A stretch of DNA of 64,000 nt, from positions 7,297 to 71,296 of the forward strand of contig CABXUO010000001.1 in assembly GCA_902515455.1 (NCBI GenBank). The letters are read 5' to 3'. Source of the stretch: an uncultured SAR86 cluster bacterium (lineage in GTDB: Bacteria > Pseudomonadota > Gammaproteobacteria > Magnimaribacterales > D2472). The first letter of the stretch is position 1. Each line of letters starts with the position of its first letter. Positions 58,300 through 64,000 of this stretch are shown here, piece by piece. Both the position numbers and the translations under genes were made by a program. Below the pieces are notes generated by a model. That model made no database searches. It was not told where the DNA came from and saw nothing but the letters and a program-made list of their open reading frames with translations.

Positions 58300-58545
58300 A
58301 TGAAAGCAGCACATGTAATTACTTTATTTCTTTGGTCATTAGGAATAGTTAATCTTTTTGAGCCATTCAATGGATGGTTATTTTATTTTGCATCAGGAGT
58401 ATTTTATTTGTTGCTCATTGCGCACTTGATTGAATGTGTTGTGTATAGAAATAAAATTTTAAAATCTCAAGATTCTCCATTTGTTGCATTCTCTATGACT
58501 CTTCTGTTTGGAATTATATACCTTGGCTCAATAAAAGATTCCTAA
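58300..58545 (+). CDS. small 3-TM membrane protein (DUF1145-like?)
   Basis: 81 aa and hydrophobic. The family call is a guess. Confidence 0.4.
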   Translation: MKAAHVITLFLWSLGIVNLFEPFNGWLFYFASGVFYLLLIAHLIECVVYRNKILKSQDSPFVAFSMTLLFGIIYLGSIKDS

Positions 58546-58547
58546 TT

Positions 58548-59918
58548 TTGGAAGTTTTAGATGGGGGAGATAAAATCCCTAGAGGTTCAATGGGTGTATG
58601 GAAACTTGCCTGGCCTTCAATTATCACAAATCTTTTCTATGCCACAAGTTCAATTGTTGCAATTAAAGTAGTTGGTGGTCTTGGACCTGACGCGATAGCC
58701 GCTGCTGTAACGGGTCAAAGAGTCACTTTTATTCTGCAAGCAGTTTTAACAGGAGTTTTGGCTGGCTCTACAGCATTAATCGCAAGACATTGGGGGGCAA
58801 AAGATAAGCATGAAGCTGGAGTTTTTTTAACTAGGACTGTCCAATTAGTAATTTTTTTATCTATTATTTCTGCATTTCTAGTATGGCAGTTTGCTGAACC
58901 ACTTGTAAGATTTTTTGGTTTAAAAAATCAAGCTTTAATTCTTTCATCTGAGTACTTGAAGGCTATAGCGCCTTTTTATGTGGCATTTGGTTGTGGGATG
59001 GGTTTGATTACAGCATTAAGAGCGGTTGGTGACGTAAAAACGCCCTTGTTTATAGGTGTAATTATGAATTTATTCGCAATTTTTTTTATGTTAGTTTTTG
59101 TAAATGGTTGGCTAGGATTTCCAAAATATGGAGTTCTTGGCGCTGCTTTAGGCAATGGACTTTCGTTTGTAATTGGAGCAGTCTTACTTGTTGTTTTCTG
59201 GCTATCAAATCAATTGGCTGTCAGATATTCATCAATATTTGATTTAGATCTCATCCGTGTTATTGAAATCTTTAAGGTTGGCTTACCAGCAGCACTTGAA
59301 CAAGTTATTTTTCAAATTGGCATCACGGCTTTTCTTATTTTAGTAGCTTATTATGGGACAGAAGCTTATGCAGCATATGGAATAGGTGTTCAAATTCTAT
59401 CCTTCTCATTTGTAATTGGATTTGGATTTTCAATAGCTGGCGCTACATTGGTTGGACAGCATTTAGGAGCTCAAAATAAAAATCAAGCAAAAAGAGCAGG
59501 ATGGGGGGCAATGAGACTTTCAATTATCTCCATGACGTTTTTTGGGATCATTATTGTTACTTTTGCAGAACCATTGGCAAGATTCATGATTGATAATGAT
59601 GAAGTTGTAAGGTTAACCGTTATATTTATATGGTTGCTTGGATCAATGCAACCTTTAATGGCGATAGAATTTTCACTTGGGGGTGCATTAAGAGGTGCAG
59701 GTGACACAAAAACTCCATTGGTTATAACATTAACATGTTTACTTTTTATAAGAGTTTTTCTGGCTGTAGTCTTCTTTTTACTAGATGCAAGCATTGAAAT
59801 AATTTTCTCAACGTTGCTTGCAGATTATATCGTCAAAGGCTTTTTATATGTTTCTAGATTTAAATCTGACAGATGGATGAATGTATTAAAAATTAAGGAA
59901 GTTGATCAACAACTTTAA
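58548..59918 (+). CDS. MATE-family efflux transporter
   Basis: 12 TM, AWPSIITNLF and ...GAGDTKTPL motifs. TTG start at 58548 or ATG at 58590. Confidence 0.85.
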   Translation: MEVLDGGDKIPRGSMGVWKLAWPSIITNLFYATSSIVAIKVVGGLGPDAIAAAVTGQRVTFILQAVLTGVLAGSTALIARHWGAKDKHEAGVFLTRTVQLVIFLSIISAFLVWQFAEPLVRFFGLKNQALILSSEYLKAIAPFYVAFGCGMGLITALRAVGDVKTPLFIGVIMNLFAIFFMLVFVNGWLGFPKYGVLGAALGNGLSFVIGAVLLVVFWLSNQLAVRYSSIFDLDLIRVIEIFKVGLPAALEQVIFQIGITAFLILVAYYGTEAYAAYGIGVQILSFSFVIGFGFSIAGATLVGQHLGAQNKNQAKRAGWGAMRLSIISMTFFGIIIVTFAEPLARFMIDNDEVVRLTVIFIWLLGSMQPLMAIEFSLGGALRGAGDTKTPLVITLTCLLFIRVFLAVVFFLLDASIEIIFSTLLADYIVKGFLYVSRFKSDRWMNVLKIKEVDQQL

Positions 59919-61323
59919 CCAAGGCTTCATTTACTCTTTTCCAAAGTTTATTTTCATTCGCGTTAGTTTTATTGGATTGAAGATTATTAATAAATTGAAT
60001 CAATAAATCTTTAATTCCATTGCTTGAGATACTCGATCCAGAAAATTTATTTTGCAACATTTCTAAAGCTAACTTTTGTTTTAAGGCTTGATTAGATTTA
60101 GGCGGTTCTATTTGAGCAATCAATTCAATCTTTATAACACTTTCAAGCAATGCATCTTCATCACCATTATAGAGAGGTGATTCCAATACCTTTAAAATAT
60201 CTTTATGAATAATATGGTTTTGTGCTTCTTCTTTTTTAAGATTATTAAGAATATTTTGATAAGCTTCTAATTTTTTATCAAGCATCATTGATAGTTGTTT
60301 TTTTTCAAGTGCTTTAATCTCCTTTTGGAGATTTTTAAATTCTGGAGATTTTCTTACTTTATTTATATCTTTGATTTGATTCTTAATTTCATTCAGTATG
60401 CAGTTATTTTTTTTCAGCTCATTTGATAGTTCTGCAATTAGAGCAAGTTCATTCTTTACTAATGATTTTTCTTCTGCAAAAAACTTGTCTGCCGCTTCAT
60501 TAAGTTTTTTCCACAATAAAGGTTCATTTTTTTTTCCACACGGACCCGTTTCTTGATACTCACGTTTAATTTTTTTGTATTTTTGTATGCATATTTGATT
60601 ATCAACATCGTTAATCAATTTTACTTTTTCAATTAATGATTCTTTAATTTTATAATTTTTATTTTCTTGATCTTTTATAGCATCATTTATAGGCTTTCTA
60701 GCAATTTGAAATTCAGATTTTAATTTTGCGAAGTCTTCATCAAGAACGGGAGCATATTTTTGCCATGACTGAAATGTTTTATTTAGAAATTTACTCATAT
60801 CAATTAATCCAGGCCATTTAACTGAATGCTCACTAGTATATTGATTAAGAGTGTCTATTATTTTTTCTCTTTGTTTAGCATTTGATATTTTAATCAGCTT
60901 TAACTCCTCGTAATAATGTGCACATGGCTCCCAAGCTTTATCTGTTAACTCTTTAAAACTTGTCCATTGATCTCGACTTGCTGGTTTAGAGGTTTGATCT
61001 AGTAGCTGCCATCTAGTCTGCAAACTATGAATTTCATTAGCTTGTTTCTTCGGATTTTCTAGAGGTTTAGAGATTAATCTTTCAATAGCTTCAATAATTT
61101 CATTTCTTTTTGGATTTGTTGCAAATGAAGAAATCTCATTGAAGTATCTAGATTGTGCAGACAAAAAATTAAATCTATGTCTTAACTTGTTAGAAACTTT
61201 TCCTTCAGCTTTCATTGTTCTGGAAATTTCGCTGACAATTTTTTGTGCTAATTTTATCTCACCAGCTTCAAAGTGTTTTTCAGCTTTTTCTAGTGATTTG
61301 AATAAAGTTTTATGAGTTTCCAC
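59893..61323 (-). CDS. Lys/Glu-rich coiled-coil protein, DUF349-like
   Basis: Repeated W-x-helical units (RWQLLDQTS..DQWTSFKELTDKAWEPC, QSWQKYAP, LWKKLNEAADKFF, LWKRVNEAL) resemble DUF349 repeats. GTG start. Confidence 0.45.
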   Translation of the reverse strand: METHKTLFKSLEKAEKHFEAGEIKLAQKIVSEISRTMKAEGKVSNKLRHRFNFLSAQSRYFNEISSFATNPKRNEIIEAIERLISKPLENPKKQANEIHSLQTRWQLLDQTSKPASRDQWTSFKELTDKAWEPCAHYYEELKLIKISNAKQREKIIDTLNQYTSEHSVKWPGLIDMSKFLNKTFQSWQKYAPVLDEDFAKLKSEFQIARKPINDAIKDQENKNYKIKESLIEKVKLINDVDNQICIQKYKKIKREYQETGPCGKKNEPLLWKKLNEAADKFFAEEKSLVKNELALIAELSNELKKNNCILNEIKNQIKDINKVRKSPEFKNLQKEIKALEKKQLSMMLDKKLEAYQNILNNLKKEEAQNHIIHKDILKVLESPLYNGDEDALLESVIKIELIAQIEPPKSNQALKQKLALEMLQNKFSGSSISSNGIKDLLIQFINNLQSNKTNANENKLWKRVNEALVKVVDQLP

Positions 61324-61356
61324 AATAGTTAATTTTGATGTTTATAATTATCATTA

Positions 61357-62355
61357 ATGAAGAAAAGAATTTTAACAGGTATTACGACAACTGGTACTCC
61401 TCACATCGGAAATTATTTAGGTGCAATTAAGCCTGCCCTTGATTTGGTAGAGCCAGATAATGATTCATATTTTTTTCTTGCAGATTATCATGCTTTGATA
61501 AAACAAAATGATCCTAATGAAATTGAGAAAAGTGTTAAAAATGTTGCTCTAGCTTGGCTTTCATCAGGTTTAGATCCTAAGAAATCTAATTTTTATAGGC
61601 AGTCAGATATTCCTGAGGTTCATGAATTAACATGGATTTTAAATTGCAGCGCATCAAAAGGATTATTAAATAGGGCTCATGCATATAAATCAATGGCAGC
61701 TGAAAATACTCAAACTGGAAATGATGAGGATAAAGCCATTAATATGGGTTTATTTTCATATCCTGTTTTAATGGCTGCAGATATTCTGATATTTGGAGCA
61801 ACACATGTTCCTGTTGGACCTGATCAAGCACAGCATATGGAGATGACTCGTGATATTGCAGGCACTTTTAATCATACGTATTCTAATTTATTAACTTTAC
61901 CAGAAGCCATAATTCAGAATGAAGTATCAGTACCTGGAATTGATGGAAAAAAGATGAGCAAGTCCTACAATAACATTATCCCATTTCTATCATCTGAAAA
62001 AGATTTAGAGAAATCTATTTCGAAAATTGTTACCAATTCTTTAGGCCCAGGTCAGGCAAAAGATACTAAAGATTGTACTCTTTTTCAGCTATATTCATGT
62101 TTTGCTACTAGTGATGAAATAAACGAAATGAATCAAGCATACAAGGATGGTATTGGATGGGGTGATGCTAAGAAAAAATTATTTTCAATCATTAATTCTG
62201 AAGTTTCTCCAATTAGAGAAAAATATTTTGAATTGAATGACAAACCAAATTTATTAAATGATTTATTTTCTGAAGGTGCTCAAAAAGTCCGTCCTCAAGC
62301 AAAAGAGCTTGTCGAAAAATTGCGTGAGGCTGTTGGCATAAATAAAATTGTATAA
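61357..62355 (+). CDS. trpS: tryptophanyl-tRNA synthetase
   Basis: HIGH-type motif TGTPHIGNY, KMSKS present, 332 aa. Confidence 0.95.
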   Translation: MKKRILTGITTTGTPHIGNYLGAIKPALDLVEPDNDSYFFLADYHALIKQNDPNEIEKSVKNVALAWLSSGLDPKKSNFYRQSDIPEVHELTWILNCSASKGLLNRAHAYKSMAAENTQTGNDEDKAINMGLFSYPVLMAADILIFGATHVPVGPDQAQHMEMTRDIAGTFNHTYSNLLTLPEAIIQNEVSVPGIDGKKMSKSYNNIIPFLSSEKDLEKSISKIVTNSLGPGQAKDTKDCTLFQLYSCFATSDEINEMNQAYKDGIGWGDAKKKLFSIINSEVSPIREKYFELNDKPNLLNDLFSEGAQKVRPQAKELVEKLREAVGINKIV

Positions 62356-63553
62356 AGCTTCATCTTGGCTAAAGTTTGGTTTATTTTCAGTAGGACTTGG
62401 ACAGTCATTTGCATTTGTTTTAGTTCCACCGTTAGCAAGAGATTTGGGCTTATCTGTTATTGAAACCTCAATAATTTTTTCTATATCAGCAGTAGCTTGG
62501 GCTATAACTAGTTCTTCATGGGGGAGGGCATCTGATAAATACGGCAGACGAAATATTGCAGTCATAGGTTTGATCGGTTATTCAATTTCAATAATAGCTT
62601 TAATAACTCCACTCTTTCTTGTCGAAAGAAATTTATTAGATTTTGTATTTCTTTTACCTTTATTAATTTTAGGAAGGCTTATAAATGGATTAATTGGGTC
62701 AGCAACAAGACCAGCTGCGTTTGCATATATTGCTGACATTTCTAGCAGAACTAAAAGAACAAAGAAATTTGCGCGACTTGAATCTAGTTTCTTGATTGGA
62801 ACGATAATGGGTCCAATGATAGGAGGCTTTCTTTTCTTGTACTCAAAACCTCTGCCATTTTATATTTTTGCTATGTGTGGATTTATTTCCGCTCTGGGAA
62901 TTTTCCTTACATTTCCAAAAATAACTCCACTCAAAGAAAAAACCAATATTATGCTATCGAAGCTATCTTTTAAAGATAAAAGCGTATGGCCGTTTCTTTT
63001 TATTGCGGCACTTTCATCCCTTTGCCAAGCGTCATTATTGCAGTCAATTGGATTTTTTATTACTGATGTCTTTTCTGATGAAAAAGATCTGCCTTTGGTA
63101 ATTAGTCTAACATTTGTTGTGCTTTCATTATCAACAGTTGTGAGCCAATACATATTTACCGATATGAAGCCAATTTCCAATGATAAATTACTAATTTACG
63201 GTACTTTTCTTATACTTGTATCTTACATTATGGCCGCATTATCGTCTTCAATAGCATTATTTTACTTAGCAATGATGATTAATGGCCTAGGCGCAGGTAT
63301 GTTTAGACCTGCAAATGCATCTTCCTTATCACTAGCTCAAACCCCTGATAATCAAGGCAAGGCTGCAGGCTATTTGGGTTCTGTTATGCCAATTGGGCAT
63401 GTGCTTACACCAATCATTGCAATGCCAATTTACCAACTTAGCCCTGAGTATTTATATTTTTTTAGTGCTTTGTTATGTTTTGTATCTTTATTATTTATAA
63501 TGTTGCATCCAATATTAAGAAAGCATGAACAAACCAGCACTATTATTAATTAA
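62348..63553 (+). CDS. MFS transporter
   Basis: 12 TM, with WGRASDKYGRRN, an MFS loop 2-3 motif. Confidence 0.8.
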   Translation: MYKASSWLKFGLFSVGLGQSFAFVLVPPLARDLGLSVIETSIIFSISAVAWAITSSSWGRASDKYGRRNIAVIGLIGYSISIIALITPLFLVERNLLDFVFLLPLLILGRLINGLIGSATRPAAFAYIADISSRTKRTKKFARLESSFLIGTIMGPMIGGFLFLYSKPLPFYIFAMCGFISALGIFLTFPKITPLKEKTNIMLSKLSFKDKSVWPFLFIAALSSLCQASLLQSIGFFITDVFSDEKDLPLVISLTFVVLSLSTVVSQYIFTDMKPISNDKLLIYGTFLILVSYIMAALSSSIALFYLAMMINGLGAGMFRPANASSLSLAQTPDNQGKAAGYLGSVMPIGHVLTPIIAMPIYQLSPEYLYFFSALLCFVSLLFIMLHPILRKHEQTSTIIN

Positions 63554-64000
63554 TCTAGGAACGCCGAACTCTCCTTCATATTTCGATGTATTTAAATACT
63601 TAAGAGAATTTCTAATGGATGGGCGAGTGATTGATGTTCCTTCTTTATTTAGGTTTATCTTAGTTACTCTTATTATTTGCCCAATACGATCATTTTCATC
63701 AAGTAAAATATATAAAGAATTATGGGATCTATCAGGCGGTGTTTCACCTTTGCTAAAAAATACAGAAGAGTTAACTAATAAATTAAATGCTAAGCAAAAT
63801 AAATATGATGTGCATTTTGCAATGCGATATCAAAAACCAAGCATTAAAAAAGCCTTAGAAGTTATTAAAAAATCAAATCCTTCTGAGCTTGTAGTACTCC
63901 CACTTTTTCCTCATTATGCATCAGCTACTTCTGGTAGTGTATTTGAGGATTTAACTAAAAAGATTTCAAGAGCATGGGTTATTCCATCTTTTAGATACAT
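63525..64000 (+). CDS. hemH: ferrochelatase, N-terminal part (runs off the window; not in the ORF track)
   Basis: Own translation from ATG 63525: MNKPALLLINLGTPNSPSYFDVFKYLREFLMDGRVIDVP...VVLPLFPHYASATSGS, the ferrochelatase N-terminal signature. Overlaps the MFS gene end by 29 nt. Confidence 0.85.
   Translation, partial: MNKPALLLINLGTPNSPSYFDVFKYLREFLMDGRVIDVPSLFRFILVTLIICPIRSFSSSKIYKELWDLSGGVSPLLKNTEELTNKLNAKQNKYDVHFAMRYQKPSIKKALEVIKKSNPSELVVLPLFPHYASATSGSVFEDLTKKISRAWVIPSFRY

Noticed and set aside
52930-58545. tRNA-Ser-associated genomic island
   Set aside because: There is no integrase, excisionase or transposase. I noticed no repeat of the tRNA 3' end, and the composition looks like the rest of the window. 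I report it only as a functional cluster.

Overview
Gene-dense, visibly AT-rich chromosomal segment with about 70 CDS and one tRNA. I found no rRNA, CRISPR array, transposase, integrase or obvious defence genes. The organism is Gram-negative and looks like a streamlined, probably marine, gammaproteobacterium-like lineage (LolA, TonB-dependent receptor, OadGAB Na+ pump, sigma-54 promoters); the taxon is inference only. Many genes are joined by ATGA/GTGA start-stop overlaps, and several convergent pairs share palindromic stop codons.

Content, in order:
- Phosphorus block: PiT transporter tail, porin and beta-propeller phytase.
- CoA-dependent catabolic cluster: 2 SDRs, acyl-CoA synthetase, 2 DUF35 proteins, 2 thiolase-like proteins that appear to lack the nucleophilic Cys, and 2 crotonases.
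- Housekeeping and small membrane genes, ending with a glycerophosphodiesterase, followed by oadGAB and an acyltransferase.
- Nitrogen locus: two tandem glnK-amt units, one preceded by a TIGR02001-type outer-membrane protein, each behind a GG-N10-GC sigma-54 promoter.
- HSD10-like SDR with acuI/yhdH, then trxB, ftsK-lolA-crcB-serS, and a large TonB-dependent receptor.
- 2OG oxygenase with a CNT nucleoside transporter, tspO, a KAS III-like gene, and several SDRs and hydrolases.
- An isolated PD-(D/E)XK nuclease, a GMC oxidoreductase, an HD-domain (PhnZ-like?) protein, cysE and a cysK-like gene.
- An APC permease / amidinotransferase-fold enzyme / Rieske oxygenase operon.
- A DUF4177 gene plus a Trp-rich membrane protein, tRNA-Ser(UGA), and a hydrolase/thioesterase/GPH transporter block.
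- MATE, a DUF349-like gene, trpS, an MFS transporter and the 5' part of hemH.

Most interesting signal: the leader of the DUF4177 gene (minus strand, 52753-52805) reads like a glutamine riboswitch (glnA-RNA class). It would place an uncharacterised small protein, a membrane protein and possibly the downstream guanidino/Rieske operon under direct glutamine control.

Everything here comes from reading the translations and sequence by eye. No searches were run.
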